From assembly GCA_963695225.1 (NCBI GenBank), contig OY968762.1, positions 992,001 through 1,056,000 of the forward strand: 64,000 nt of DNA. The letters are read 5' to 3'. Shown one piece after another: positions 17,639 to 27,745 of this stretch (the first letter of the stretch is position 1; each line of letters starts with the position of its first letter). Below the pieces are notes generated by a model. The model saw only the letters and a list, made by a program, of their open reading frames with translations, was not told where the DNA came from and did not search any database. The stretch comes from Vulcanimicrobiota bacterium (GTDB taxonomy: Bacteria > Vulcanimicrobiota > Vulcanimicrobiia > Vulcanimicrobiales > Vulcanimicrobiaceae). The translations under genes and the position numbers were made by a program.

Positions 17639-18856
17639 ATGCCGTACGAAACCGCCGGCCGCTCTTTCGCCACCCGTGCCATTCGCACGGGGCAAGATCC
17701 GTGTTCGGCCACAGGATCGACGATCGTACCGATCTATCAGACCGCTACCTTCACTCAATCCGCCGTCGGCGTAACGAAGGGCTTCGACTACTCGCGCACG
17801 GGGAATCCGACGCGCCTGGCGCTCGAACGGCAACTCGCCGATTTGGAAGGCGGCCGTTACGGCGCGGCGTTCGGCTCGGGGATGGCGGCCGTCGCGGGAG
17901 CCGCATCGCTCTTGCGCTCGGGGGACCACATCGTGGCGTGCCACGAGATCTACGGCGGCACGTACCGCCTCTTCAGCGACGTGCTCAGCCGCTACGGCAT
18001 CACCACTACCTACGTCGATTTCAATGACCTTGCGGCCGTGCGCGCGGCGCTTCGCCCGGAAACGAAGCTCCTGTGGATCGAAACGCCGACGAACCCGCTG
18101 TTGACGCTGATCGACATCGCCGCGATCGCGCAACTCAAGGGGCCCGGGCGGCTGCTCGCCGTCGACAACACGTTCTGCACGCCGTTCTTCCAAAAGCCTT
18201 TGCAGTTCGGCGCGGAGATCGTCGTCCATTCGACGACGAAGTACATCAACGGACACAGCGACGTCGTCGGCGGGATCGTCATCACGGACGATCCGGAATT
18301 GCACGCGCAGATCGTCTTCCATCAGAACGCGGTCGGCGCGATCCCCGGGCCGCAGGACGCCTACCTTACGCTGCGCGGCGCGAAGACGCTCGCACTGCGG
18401 ATGCGCGAGCACGAGCGCAACGCCTGCGCGGTCGCCGAGTGGTTGCAAACGCGCGACGACGTCGCGGCAGTCTATTATCCCGGACTGGCCTCGCACCCGC
18501 AGTACGCCCTCGCGCGGCGGCAGATGGAAGGGTTCGGCGGGATCGTATCGCTACGCGTACGCGGCGGGGCGGCGCGCGCGCTGGAATTCGCGCGCAGCAC
18601 CCGCTTGTTCAATCTCGCAACGTCGCTCGGCGGCGTCGAGTCGCTGATCTGCAGTCCCTATACGATGACGCACGGCTCCGTACCGTCGGAGCGCAAAGTA
18701 GAGCTGGGCATCACGCAGGATCTGCTCCGTCTCTCGGTCGGGATCGAAGGCATCGACGACATCATCGCCGACCTTCGGGACGCGCTCGATGCGTCGGCCC
18801 ACGCAGCCGCTCCCGCGCCCGCGCTCCTCGCGGAACGCGAACTCGCACGCGTCTAA
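17639..18856 (+). CDS. metB: Cystathionine gamma-synthase/lyase family PLP enzyme
   Basis: YSRTGNPT, ETPTNP, VDNTF, HSTTKYINGHSD (PLP lysine), SLGGVESL; GAGGAG RBS. Confidence 0.85.
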   Translation: MPYETAGRSFATRAIRTGQDPCSATGSTIVPIYQTATFTQSAVGVTKGFDYSRTGNPTRLALERQLADLEGGRYGAAFGSGMAAVAGAASLLRSGDHIVACHEIYGGTYRLFSDVLSRYGITTTYVDFNDLAAVRAALRPETKLLWIETPTNPLLTLIDIAAIAQLKGPGRLLAVDNTFCTPFFQKPLQFGAEIVVHSTTKYINGHSDVVGGIVITDDPELHAQIVFHQNAVGAIPGPQDAYLTLRGAKTLALRMREHERNACAVAEWLQTRDDVAAVYYPGLASHPQYALARRQMEGFGGIVSLRVRGGAARALEFARSTRLFNLATSLGGVESLICSPYTMTHGSVPSERKVELGITQDLLRLSVGIEGIDDIIADLRDALDASAHAAAPAPALLAERELARV

Positions 18857-18872
18857 AATGCACGCTCGGAGG

Positions 18873-18901
18873 TTGACGCCCAAGCAGACCCGTGCTATCG
18901 T
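18873..18901 (+). promoter_or_regulatory. Sigma70-type promoter for the cysH operon leader
   Basis: TTGACG-17 nt-TATCGT with TGn extension; ATG 7 nt downstream. Confidence 0.75.
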
Positions 18902-18908
18902 ACCGCTA

Positions 18909-18974
18909 ATGCGCGCGTTCGCTTGTGCCTGTTGTCCGTGTTGTTCCGGCGATCCCCGAGGATCGGCGAACTAG
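18909..18974 (+). CDS. Putative Cys-sensing leader peptide (MRAFACACCPCCSGDPRGSAN)
   Basis: 5 Cys in 7 codons, all TGT; lies between promoter and terminator. Confidence 0.85.
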   Translation: MRAFACACCPCCSGDPRGSAN

Positions 18975-19006
18975 GCGCGCGCGCGGACGAGCATCGTCCT
19001 TAGTGT

Positions 19007-19044
19007 GAAGCCCCCGCCGGTTCGGTTGGGGGCTTCTTCTTTTT
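19007..19044 (+). terminator. Intrinsic terminator (attenuator) upstream of cysH
   Basis: GAAGCCCCCGCCG-GTT-CGGTTGGGGGCTTC followed by TTCTTTTT. Confidence 0.88.
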
Positions 19045-19098
19045 CCGCTTTCTCCTCATTCCCCCGGCGTTGCTTTCCCGTCTCAACAGGAGGCAATC

Positions 19099-19797
19099 AT
19101 CATCGCATCATCCACCCCGCTGGAATCGGCGACGCAGACACTCGAGCTCGCACTCTCCTCGTACCGGGGGAGCGTCGTGCTGGCATGCTCGTTCGGCGGG
19201 CCATCCGGGATCGTGATCCTCGATCTGTTGCATCGCTCCGGCGAAGCGCTCCCTGTGTACTATCTCGACACTGACTTGTTGTTCAAGGAAACGTACGAGC
19301 TCGTCGAGCGCATCAGGGATCGCTACGGCGTCGATCCGATCGCCGTGCGCCCTAAACAAAGCCTGCTCGAGCAGCAACAGCGGCACGGCGAAGCGCTCTG
19401 GGCGCGCGATCCAGATGCGTGCTGCGCACTACGAAAGGTCGCGCCGCAGACGGAGTTCCTGCGCGAATATCGCGCCTGGATCACGGGTATCCGGCGCGAT
19501 CAATCGGCCGCGCGCAGCGCGGTTCGCGCGCTCGAATGGGACGAGAACTTTCACCTCGTCAAAGTGAGCCCGCTCGCCGAATGGACCGAAAGCGACGTGT
19601 GGGCGTACGTACGCGAGCACGACCTTCCGTACAACAGCCTGCACGACGACGGTTTTCCGAGCCTCGGATGCAGGCCGTGCACGCGCCGCGTCGCGGCCGG
19701 CGAAGGTCCGCGCGCCGGCCGCTGGTCCGGCTTCACGAAGACGGAGTGCGGCTTGCACGCCCCGCCGCTGCGAACGGAGAGAACGACACGTGGCTAA
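19099..19797 (+). CDS. cysH: Phosphoadenylyl-/adenylyl-sulfate reductase; probable non-canonical ATC start (first canonical start is GTG 19177)
   Basis: [50 protein letters not shown] at 19088-19093. Confidence 0.9.
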   Translation: MIASSTPLESATQTLELALSSYRGSVVLACSFGGPSGIVILDLLHRSGEALPVYYLDTDLLFKETYELVERIRDRYGVDPIAVRPKQSLLEQQQRHGEALWARDPDACCALRKVAPQTEFLREYRAWITGIRRDQSAARSAVRALEWDENFHLVKVSPLAEWTESDVWAYVREHDLPYNSLHDDGFPSLGCRPCTRRVAAGEGPRAGRWSGFTKTECGLHAPPLRTERTTRG

Positions 19798-20338
19798 AGG
19801 ATTCACCGTTTGGTTGACCGGCCTCTCGGGCGCTGGGAAGAGCACGATCGCCGCCTTGCTGCGCGATGAGTTGGCCGCGCGCGGGCGCGGCGTGGAAGTG
19901 CTCGACGGAGACGTCGTCCGCACGCATCTATCGAAAGGGCTCGGTTTCAGCCGGGAGGATCGCGACACCAACATCGCGCGCATCGCGTTCGTCGCCGCGC
20001 TCCTCACGCGTCACGGCGTCGCCGTGATCGCCGCGGCGATTTCCCCGTTCGCCGAGGCGCGGGCCCAAGCGCGCGAGGCGATCGGGGAGTTCGTCGAGGT
20101 CCACGTCGATTGCTCGATCGACGAGTTGACCCGGCGTGACGTCAAAGGCCTCTACCTGCGCGCGCTGCGCGGCGAGATCCCGAACTTCACCGGCGTCTCC
20201 GACCCGTACGAAGCCCCGGAACATCCGGACGTCCGCGTCTCGAGCGATACGCAGACGGTCGAAGGCAGCGTCGCCGTAATTCTCGCCGAACTCGAGCGCC
20301 GCGGCTACGTCGAGCGCCTCTCACCGGTGCGCGCGTGA
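19790..20338 (+). CDS. cysC: Adenylyl-sulfate kinase
   Basis: [34 protein letters not shown]. Confidence 0.95.
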   Translation: MAKGFTVWLTGLSGAGKSTIAALLRDELAARGRGVEVLDGDVVRTHLSKGLGFSREDRDTNIARIAFVAALLTRHGVAVIAAAISPFAEARAQAREAIGEFVEVHVDCSIDELTRRDVKGLYLRALRGEIPNFTGVSDPYEAPEHPDVRVSSDTQTVEGSVAVILAELERRGYVERLSPVRA

Positions 20339-21405
20339 GCACCCGAACGGCGACCAAGCTCGTCCTGAGCGCGCGCGAACTGAGCGACGCCGCGCTCGTG
20401 TTGAACGGAGCGTTCGCGCCGCTCGAAGGGTTCTTGACGCGCGCGCATTACGAGCGCGTCGTCGCGGACCTGCGCCTCGCGAGCGGCGCGCCGTGGTCGT
20501 TGCCGGTGACGCTCTCCGTCGCGCGGCACGAGGCGCCCTCGCTCGACGAGACGGTCGAACTGATCGACGAAGGCGGGAACGTGCGCGCGCTGCTCGACGT
20601 GACGGACGTCTTCGAGTACGATAAGGCGCTCGAGGCGCGCAACGTCTACCGCACGGAGGACGCGGCCCACCCCGGCGTCGCCGTTCTGTACGCGCAAAAA
20701 GAGCTGCTCGTTGGAGGGCGCCTGCGCGCCGCCGCAGGGGAGCCGGCCGCCCCCCCGGACCCGCTCGCGCTGACGCCGGCGGAGACGCGCGCCGAGTTCG
20801 CGCGTCGCGGCTGGAAGACGATCGTCGGCTTCCAGACCCGCAACCCCGTCCATCGCGCGCACGAGTACATTCAAAAGAGCGCGCTCGAGATCGTCGACGG
20901 CTTGCTGCTGCACCCGCTCGTGGGCGAGACGAAATCCGACGACATCCCGGCCGCCGTACGCCTGCGCTGCTATCAGGCGCTGCTCGAGGGATACTATCCT
21001 CGCGAGCGCGTCCTGCTCGCGACGCTTCCGGCGGCGATGCGCTATGCGGGCCCGCGCGAGGCGATCTTCCACGCACTCGTCCGCAAGAACTACGGCTGCA
21101 CGCACTTCATCGTGGGGCGCGATCACGCAGGCGTCGGCAACTACTACGGCACCTATGACGCGCAGGCGCTGTTCGACGAGTTCGCGCCCGGCGAGCTCGG
21201 GATCACGCCGCTGAAGTATGAGAACAGCTTCTTCTGCCGGCGCTGCGATGCGATGGCGACTCGCAAGACCTGCCCTCATCCGCCCGACGCGCACGTCGCG
21301 CTCAGCGGGACGGCCGTGCGCGACTTGCTGCGCAACCGGCAACTCCCCCCGCCGGAATTCTCACGGCCCGAAGTCGCGCGCATCCTGATCGAGGCGCTCG
21401 CGTGA
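20335..21405 (+). CDS. sat: Sulfate adenylyltransferase
   Basis: [31 protein letters not shown]. Confidence 0.95.
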   Translation: MSTRTATKLVLSARELSDAALVLNGAFAPLEGFLTRAHYERVVADLRLASGAPWSLPVTLSVARHEAPSLDETVELIDEGGNVRALLDVTDVFEYDKALEARNVYRTEDAAHPGVAVLYAQKELLVGGRLRAAAGEPAAPPDPLALTPAETRAEFARRGWKTIVGFQTRNPVHRAHEYIQKSALEIVDGLLLHPLVGETKSDDIPAAVRLRCYQALLEGYYPRERVLLATLPAAMRYAGPREAIFHALVRKNYGCTHFIVGRDHAGVGNYYGTYDAQALFDEFAPGELGITPLKYENSFFCRRCDAMATRKTCPHPPDAHVALSGTAVRDLLRNRQLPPPEFSRPEVARILIEALA

Positions 21406-22379
21406 GCATCGTCGTCGAGGGCGTCGCGAAATCGTACGGCGACGTCTCGGCCCTCGAAGACGTGAGCGTTACGATCGGGCCACGCACGCTGACGGCGCTG
21501 CTCGGCCCGTCAGGCTGCGGCAAGTCGACGCTGTTGCGGCTGATCGCCGGATTCGACCGCCCCGAGCGCGGCCGGATCCTCATCGACGGCGAGGACGCGA
21601 CCGACATTCCGCTCGGCAAGCGCGACGTCGGGTTCGTCTTCCAGAGCTATGCGCTGTTCCCGCACCTGACCGTTGCCGAAAACATCGCCTTCGGCTTGAA
21701 GGTCCGCAAAGCGCCGCGCGCCGCGGCGAATGCGCGCGTCGCGGAGCTTCTCGCGCTCATCCAGCTCGAGGGCTACGAGAAGCGGCGGCCGCACGAGCTC
21801 TCCGGCGGGCAGCGGCAACGCGTCGCACTCGCCCGAGCGCTCGCGGCGAAGCCGCGCATTCTCCTGCTGGACGAGCCATTCGGTGCGCTCGATCTGCAGG
21901 TCCGTAAGGAATTGCGCGCTTGGGTCCGTTCGCTGCACGAACTCACGCACGTCACGACCGTGATCGTGACGCACGATGCGGACGAGGCGATGGAACTCGC
22001 GGACCAGATCGTCGTCCTCGCGAAGGGCCGCGTCCAACAATCCGGCGCCCCGCGGCGCATCTACGAGCACCCGGAGAACCCATTCGTGATGCGCTTCCTC
22101 GGGCACGTGAACGCGCTCGGGGAGGGCACGGAGACCGTCTACGTCCGGCCGCACGATTTTCGCGTCGAAACTCGCCACTTCGGCGAGGCGGCCGCCGCGC
22201 GCGTCGAGCGCGTCATCGAGTTCGGCTCGCGCACGCATCTCGAGTTGGCCCTCGGCGACGGAAACAAGATCACGAGCGAGCTTCCCCCCGGGCTCGCCGC
22301 CGAACTTGCTCCGCACGTCGGCATGACGGTCTATCTCGAGCCCAAACGGGTCCGTTCTTTCGACACCATCGCCTCTTGA
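21402..22379 (+). CDS. cysA: Sulfate ABC transporter ATPase
   Basis: [27 protein letters not shown]-terminal TOBE-like region. Confidence 0.9.
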   Translation: MSIVVEGVAKSYGDVSALEDVSVTIGPRTLTALLGPSGCGKSTLLRLIAGFDRPERGRILIDGEDATDIPLGKRDVGFVFQSYALFPHLTVAENIAFGLKVRKAPRAAANARVAELLALIQLEGYEKRRPHELSGGQRQRVALARALAAKPRILLLDEPFGALDLQVRKELRAWVRSLHELTHVTTVIVTHDADEAMELADQIVVLAKGRVQQSGAPRRIYEHPENPFVMRFLGHVNALGEGTETVYVRPHDFRVETRHFGEAAAARVERVIEFGSRTHLELALGDGNKITSELPPGLAAELAPHVGMTVYLEPKRVRSFDTIAS

Positions 22380-22389
22380 AAAGGACATC

Positions 22390-23388
22390 ATGAACCGCCT
22401 TCGTCTTGCGTCGCTCGCGGCGGCGCTGCTCATCCTCCTCTCCCCGCTCGCAGCCAGGGCGGACCAATCGCTCCTCAACGTTTCGTACGATCCGACGCGC
22501 GAGTTCTACAGCGCATACAACACGCTCTTCGCCGCGTACTGGAAAAAGAAGACCGGCGAGACGGTGACGATCAATCAATCGCACGGCGGTTCCGGCGCGC
22601 AAGCCCGCTCCGTCATCGAAGGCCTCGAGGCCGACGTTGTGACGCTCGCGCTCGCCTACGACATCGATTCGATCTCGCAGAAGGCGAATCTGTTGGCCCC
22701 GGATTGGCAGAGGCGCTTCCCCGACAATTCGAGCCCATACACGTCGACCGTCGTCTTCGTCGTGCGCAAAGGGAACCCGAAGAACGTGCGCGGCTGGGAA
22801 GATCTCGTGAAGCCCGGCATTTCGGTGATCACCGCGAATCCGAAAACGAGCGGCGGCGCGCGCTGGAATTTCCTCGCGGCCTACGACTACGGCCTGCACA
22901 GCAACCAGAACGACGAAGCCAAGGCGCGCGCCTACGTGACGGCGCTCTACAAGAACGTACCCGTACTCGATAGCGGGGCACGCGGTTCGACCGTGACGTT
23001 CGTCGACCGCGGCCTCGGCGACGTGCTCCTCGCGTGGGAGAACGAGGCGTTCCTGACGCTCAAGCAACATCCGGCCGATTTCGAGATCGTCGTCCCCAAG
23101 ACGAGCATCCTCGCGGAACCGCCCGTCGCCGTTGTCGACGCGAACGCCAAGAAGCACGGCACCGAAGCTCTCGCGAAGGCGTACCTCGAGTATCTCTACA
23201 CGCCCGAGGCGCAAAAGCTGGCCGCCCAGTGGGGTTACCGCCCGCGCTTGGCGTCGGCGATACCGGCGGGGACGCACTTCGCCGTTACGAGCCTGCAGAC
23301 GGTCGCGGAATTCGGCGGATGGCAAACGGCGCAGCAACGCTTCTTCGCCGACGGCGGGCTCTTCGACCAGATCTACGCGGTGAAGTAA
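22390..23388 (+). CDS. sbp: Sulfate ABC transporter substrate-binding protein
   Basis: Signal peptide; [28 protein letters not shown]. Confidence 0.93.
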   Translation: MNRLRLASLAAALLILLSPLAARADQSLLNVSYDPTREFYSAYNTLFAAYWKKKTGETVTINQSHGGSGAQARSVIEGLEADVVTLALAYDIDSISQKANLLAPDWQRRFPDNSSPYTSTVVFVVRKGNPKNVRGWEDLVKPGISVITANPKTSGGARWNFLAAYDYGLHSNQNDEAKARAYVTALYKNVPVLDSGARGSTVTFVDRGLGDVLLAWENEAFLTLKQHPADFEIVVPKTSILAEPPVAVVDANAKKHGTEALAKAYLEYLYTPEAQKLAAQWGYRPRLASAIPAGTHFAVTSLQTVAEFGGWQTAQQRFFADGGLFDQIYAVK

Positions 23389-23391
23389 CGC

Positions 23392-24213
23392 GTGCGGCAC
23401 GAGGCGATTCCCGGCAGAGGGCTAGCGCTCGGGACGACGCTGACGCTTCTGACGCTGGTCGTCCTCGTGCCCCTTGCCGCCATCGTCGCGACGCTGCAAG
23501 GTCTCACTCCCGAGCGCTTCCTCGCCGTCGCGGGCTCGCCGCGGACGCTCGCCGCCTATCGCCTCACGTTTGGGGCGGCGCTCTGCGGTTCTGCGATCGA
23601 CCTCGTCGCGGGCACGTTCGTCGCCTGGGTGCTCGTGCGCTACCGCTTCCCCGGACGGAACGTTCTCGATGCGGTCGTCGACGTTCCGTTCGCGTTGCCG
23701 ACGGCGGTGACCGGCATCGCGCTCGCGACGCTGTACGGAGCGCACGGCTGGGCCGGGGAAGCGCTCGCGCAGTTCGGTTGGAGGGTCGCCTACACGCAAC
23801 TCGGCGTCGGGCTCGCGCTGACGTTCGTCGGCTTTCCGTTCGTCGTGCGGACCGTGCAGCCGGTCATCGCCTCGTTGCCGATCGAGTACGCCGAAGCGGC
23901 CGCCTCGCTCGGGGCCGGCAAGGGGGAAGCGTTTCGCCGGGTCACGTTGCCGCTGATCTTTCCCGCGATGCTGACCGGCTTCGCCCTCGCGCTCGCGCGC
24001 GGGCTCGGCGAATACGGATCCGTTATCTTCATCTCCGGCAACATGCCCGGGCGCACGGAGATCGCCCCGCTACTGATCGTCTCGCACCTCGAGAGCTTCG
24101 ATTATCAGGGCGCGGCGGCGATCGCGACCGTGTTGCTCCTCTCGTCGTTTCTGCTGCTGCTCGCGATCAACGCCTTGCAACGGCGCATCGCCGTCGTGCG
24201 GGCCCCGCAGTGA
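23392..24213 (+). CDS. cysT: Sulfate ABC transporter permease CysT
   Basis: PFALPTAVTG, PFVVRTVQP, ARGLGEYGSVIFISGN. Confidence 0.92.
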   Translation: MRHEAIPGRGLALGTTLTLLTLVVLVPLAAIVATLQGLTPERFLAVAGSPRTLAAYRLTFGAALCGSAIDLVAGTFVAWVLVRYRFPGRNVLDAVVDVPFALPTAVTGIALATLYGAHGWAGEALAQFGWRVAYTQLGVGLALTFVGFPFVVRTVQPVIASLPIEYAEAAASLGAGKGEAFRRVTLPLIFPAMLTGFALALARGLGEYGSVIFISGNMPGRTEIAPLLIVSHLESFDYQGAAAIATVLLLSSFLLLLAINALQRRIAVVRAPQ

Positions 24214-25070
24214 GCGTCAACGCCGTCTCGATGCCCGCCGCCCGATTGGAGGCGGCCGCTCGTCCGAAGGCCGTGCGGCTCTTCGGCCCGGATGCGCTCG
24301 CCGTCGGCGGCGCGATCGCGCTCGTCGCGGGCCTAGTCCTCTTGCCGCTCGTCTCCGTCGTATACGAAGCGACGCGCGCCGGCGCCGGGACGTTCGCGAG
24401 GACGTTCACGGAACCGTACGCGCTGGCCGCGATCCGGCTGACGCTCGGGGTGGCCTTCGCGACGGTCGCCTTCAACACGACGTTCGGATTGATCGCGGCG
24501 TGGACGGTCACCAAGTATCGCTTTCCGCTCAAGGCGTGGCTCTTGACCGCGATCGATCTGCCGCTCACGGTCTCGCCGGTCGTCGCCGGGCTCGCGATCC
24601 TGCTGACGTTCGGAAGCCGCTCGCCGCTCGGCAGCCGGCTCGTCGAGCAGGGGATCCACATCGCGTTCGCGCCGCCGGGGATCATCCTGGCGACGATCTT
24701 CGTGACCTTCCCGTTCGTCGCGCGTGAGTTGATCGCGTTCATGCAAGAGCAAGGCCGCGACCTCGAAGAGGCCTCGCTCGTCCTCGGCGCCTCCGTATGG
24801 CAGACGCTCTGGCGCATCACGATCCCCAACGCTCGCTGGGCGCTCCTCAACGGCATCCTGCTCTGCAACGCGCGGGCGATGGGCGAGTTCGGCGCCGTCT
24901 CCGTAATCTCGGGGCGCGTGCGCGGCTTCACCGACACGGTCCCCCTGCACATCGAAATCCTCTACAACGAGAGCGCCTTCGCCTCGGCGTTCGCCCTCTC
25001 GACGGCGCTCGCCGTCGTGACGATCGGCCTGACGCTCGCGCGCGCCGCGCTCGTGCGGCATCGTGACTGA
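24210..25070 (+). CDS. cysW: Sulfate ABC transporter permease CysW
   Basis: GTG overlapping the cysT stop; DLPLTVSPVVAG, PFVARELI, ARAMGEFGAV. Confidence 0.92.
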   Translation: MSVNAVSMPAARLEAAARPKAVRLFGPDALAVGGAIALVAGLVLLPLVSVVYEATRAGAGTFARTFTEPYALAAIRLTLGVAFATVAFNTTFGLIAAWTVTKYRFPLKAWLLTAIDLPLTVSPVVAGLAILLTFGSRSPLGSRLVEQGIHIAFAPPGIILATIFVTFPFVARELIAFMQEQGRDLEEASLVLGASVWQTLWRITIPNARWALLNGILLCNARAMGEFGAVSVISGRVRGFTDTVPLHIEILYNESAFASAFALSTALAVVTIGLTLARAALVRHRD

Positions 25071-25143
25071 GCCGCCTTCGCTCTTTCGCAACGCCGGCGC
25101 CCCGGCAGGAACGCCCCCCGCCGGAGCAAACGGGGGTTGCTTC

Positions 25144-26214
25144 ATGGAAGCTTCGATTGCCGCCGGCAACAAGGTCCTTGCGAAGCGGCGCGAGCTCGGC
25201 CTGTCGCAAGAGGCGCTTGCGCAAGCCGGCGGCGTCACGCGGCAAGCGATCGGAGCGATCGAAAGCGGGCGCGCGCAACCGGGCGTCGCCCTCGCGCTCG
25301 CGATCGCGCGTACGCTCAACTCGACCGTCGAGGAACTCTTCGGACCCGACGGCGACGAAGAGATCGCCGTTGAAACGGACGATCTGCCGAGCCCGGGCCA
25401 ACGCGTCGCCGTCGCTTCGATCGGCGGCCGCAGCGTGATCAGGAGCCTCGATCGGCCGTCGCTCGGCTCGGTCCCCGAATCCGCGCAAGCGATCGTGCTT
25501 TCGTCGGACGCTAAGCGAGCCCGGCTGCGCCGGCTCGCTCCGGGGCAGCCCGCCGAACCGGCGGTGTTCGTCTCGGGTTGCGATCTCGGCCTCGGCTTGC
25601 TCGTGCGGCACCTCGACGGGCGCAAAGGCCGCGGCATCTGGTTTTCTCAAAGCAATCAGGGCGCTCTGACCGAACTCGCCGCGGGGCGCACGCACGTCGC
25701 TGCGATCCATGGGCCGGAAGCGGACCGGCGAAAGATCGGCCGCGTTCGCCGCTTCGATCTCGCCGAAATCGAGGAAGGCTGGCTCGTGGCTCGCGGGAAT
25801 CCGCTCTCGTTTCGCGGCGCGCGCGATCTCGCCCGCGGCAAAGTCCGGCTCGCGAACCGCCCGTCCGGGGCGGGGGCGCGCGCGCTGCTCGATGCCGAAT
25901 TGCGCCGGGCCTCGATCGATCCGCACCGCGTCAGCGGCTACGAGCGCGAACTCGGCGGACATCTCGACGTCGCGCGTGCCGTCTCGCAGGGCTTTGCCGA
26001 CGTCGGCGTCGGGATCGCCTCGGCCGCCCGCATGTTCGGACTCGATTTCGTCCCCCTGCGCTCCGAGCGTTGCACGCTCCTCATCCCCGAAGCGCACCTG
26101 ATGCATTCGGGAGTCGCGGCGCTGCTCGAGACGTTGCGTTCGAACGCCTATCGCCGCGATCTCGCAGCGTTCGGACCCTACGACACGAGCCGCACCGGCG
26201 AGGAAATCGCTTGA
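25144..26214 (+). CDS. XRE-HTH transcriptional regulator fused to a molybdate-type periplasmic-binding-fold domain
   Basis: LSQEALAQAGGVTRQAIGAIESG HTH; SGCDLG, NRPSGAGARALLD, HLDVARAV..ADVGVG, GLDFVPL. Confidence 0.8.
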   Translation: MEASIAAGNKVLAKRRELGLSQEALAQAGGVTRQAIGAIESGRAQPGVALALAIARTLNSTVEELFGPDGDEEIAVETDDLPSPGQRVAVASIGGRSVIRSLDRPSLGSVPESAQAIVLSSDAKRARLRRLAPGQPAEPAVFVSGCDLGLGLLVRHLDGRKGRGIWFSQSNQGALTELAAGRTHVAAIHGPEADRRKIGRVRRFDLAEIEEGWLVARGNPLSFRGARDLARGKVRLANRPSGAGARALLDAELRRASIDPHRVSGYERELGGHLDVARAVSQGFADVGVGIASAARMFGLDFVPLRSERCTLLIPEAHLMHSGVAALLETLRSNAYRRDLAAFGPYDTSRTGEEIA

Positions 26215-26229
26215 CGCCCGTCGCCCCCG

Positions 26230-27015
26230 TTGCGCCGCCGCCCGTTCGATAGCGGGAAGCTTCTCGTCGCCGTTCCGGCGGCGGTGTTTCTCGCGTTCAT
26301 CCTCGCTCCGGTGAGCGCGCTGTTCATCCGTTCGTCGCCGGGCGAGTTCGTTGCCGCGCTGCAACAGCCGGACGTGCTCTCGGCCTTGCGCCTGAGCGCG
26401 CTCACGACCGCGATCGCGCTCGCGTGCGCCGTCGCGTTCGGAACGCCGCTCGCGTATCTGCTGGCCCGCTGGAACTTCCCGGGGCGCGACGTGGTCGACG
26501 CCCTCGTCGATCTGCCGATCGTCGTCCCCCCTGCCGTCGCCGGCGTGGCGCTCCTGATCGCGTTCGGCCGCCGCGGCATCTTCGCTCCGCTTCTCTCGAG
26601 CATGGGGATCGAACTCTCGTTCACGACCGCCGCGGTCGTCCTCGCGCAGCTCTTCGTTGCCTCGCCATTTTACGTCCGAGCCGCACGCAACGGCTTCCTC
26701 GCGGTGGACCGCAGCCTCGAGGAAGCCTCGGCCACGCTGGGGTCGACCCGCTTTCAAACCTTCCGGCGCATCACGATCCCGCTCGCATTGCCGAGCCTGA
26801 TCGGAGGCGCCGTGCTGACGTGGGCGCGCGCACTCGGAGAATTCGGCGCCACGATCATGTTCGCGGGCAACCTCGTCGGGGTCTCGCAAACGATGCCGCT
26901 CGCCGTGTATCTGAAGCTCGAGAGCGGGGATCTCCCGGCCTCGCTCGCGCTCTCGATCGTCCTCGTCCTATCGAGCCTGATCGTGCTGCTGGTCGTCCGG
27001 GTCGCGGCGCGCTGA
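26230..27015 (+). CDS. modB: Molybdate ABC transporter permease
   Basis: DLPIVVPPAVAG, ARALGEFGATIMFAGN..TMPLAVY. Confidence 0.88.
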   Translation: MRRRPFDSGKLLVAVPAAVFLAFILAPVSALFIRSSPGEFVAALQQPDVLSALRLSALTTAIALACAVAFGTPLAYLLARWNFPGRDVVDALVDLPIVVPPAVAGVALLIAFGRRGIFAPLLSSMGIELSFTTAAVVLAQLFVASPFYVRAARNGFLAVDRSLEEASATLGSTRFQTFRRITIPLALPSLIGGAVLTWARALGEFGATIMFAGNLVGVSQTMPLAVYLKLESGDLPASLALSIVLVLSSLIVLLVVRVAAR

Positions 27016-27740
27016 TGCTGCGCGCGCTCGTCGTCAAGCGGTTGCGCGACTTCACGCTCGATCTCGACCTTCGGTGTCCGGCCGGCGTGACCGTCGTCGT
27101 CGGTCCCAGCGGATCCGGGAAGACGACGATGCTGCGGCTCATCGCCGGGCTCGACGAGGTCGATCGCGGCGAGATCGCGATCGACGGCCGCGTGCTCGAC
27201 GACGGGAATGGAACCTTCCTCCCCGCCAGGCTGCGCGACATCGCCTTCGTCTTTCAGGAATACGCGCTCTTCCCGCACCTGACGGTCGCGGAGAACGTCG
27301 CCTACGGCCTGCGGGCGCGCGGCGTCCCGAACGATGAGGCACGGCAGCGGGTCGCGGCGACCCTCGCGCGCTTTGAGATTGCGGAGTGCGCCGGGGTCTT
27401 CCCCGCCAAACTCTCCGGCGGGCAGCGGCAGCGCGTCGCCCTCGCTCGCGGCCTCATCCTCGAACCGCGAGCGCTGCTGCTCGACGAGCCGCTCGCCGCT
27501 CTGGACGTGCAGACGCGCGCATCCGTCCGCAACGAGCTTCTCGCGATCGTCGGCCGGCTCCCGATCCCGACGATCTTCGTGACGCACGATCCGGCCGACG
27601 CGCGCGCCTGCCCGGAACGCATCGTCGCGATCGAAAGCGGCGCGATCACGCAAGAGGCGACGTGGTCCGAGCTCTCGGCTGCGCCGGCCACCCGGTTCGT
27701 CGCGGACTTCGCGAGGAGCGGGGCGCCGGCGCACGCCTGA
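27015..27740 (+). CDS. modC: Molybdate ABC transporter ATPase
   Basis: [26 protein letters not shown]; follows modB. Confidence 0.85.
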   Translation: MLRALVVKRLRDFTLDLDLRCPAGVTVVVGPSGSGKTTMLRLIAGLDEVDRGEIAIDGRVLDDGNGTFLPARLRDIAFVFQEYALFPHLTVAENVAYGLRARGVPNDEARQRVAATLARFEIAECAGVFPAKLSGGQRQRVALARGLILEPRALLLDEPLAALDVQTRASVRNELLAIVGRLPIPTIFVTHDPADARACPERIVAIESGAITQEATWSELSAAPATRFVADFARSGAPAHA

Positions 27741-27745
27741 CGGCG

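Noticed and set aside
17165..17640. SAM riboswitch or T-box upstream of sir/metB
   Set aside because: No SAM-I core or T-box GGTGGNACCGCG sequence is recognisable; leader peptides explain the terminators better
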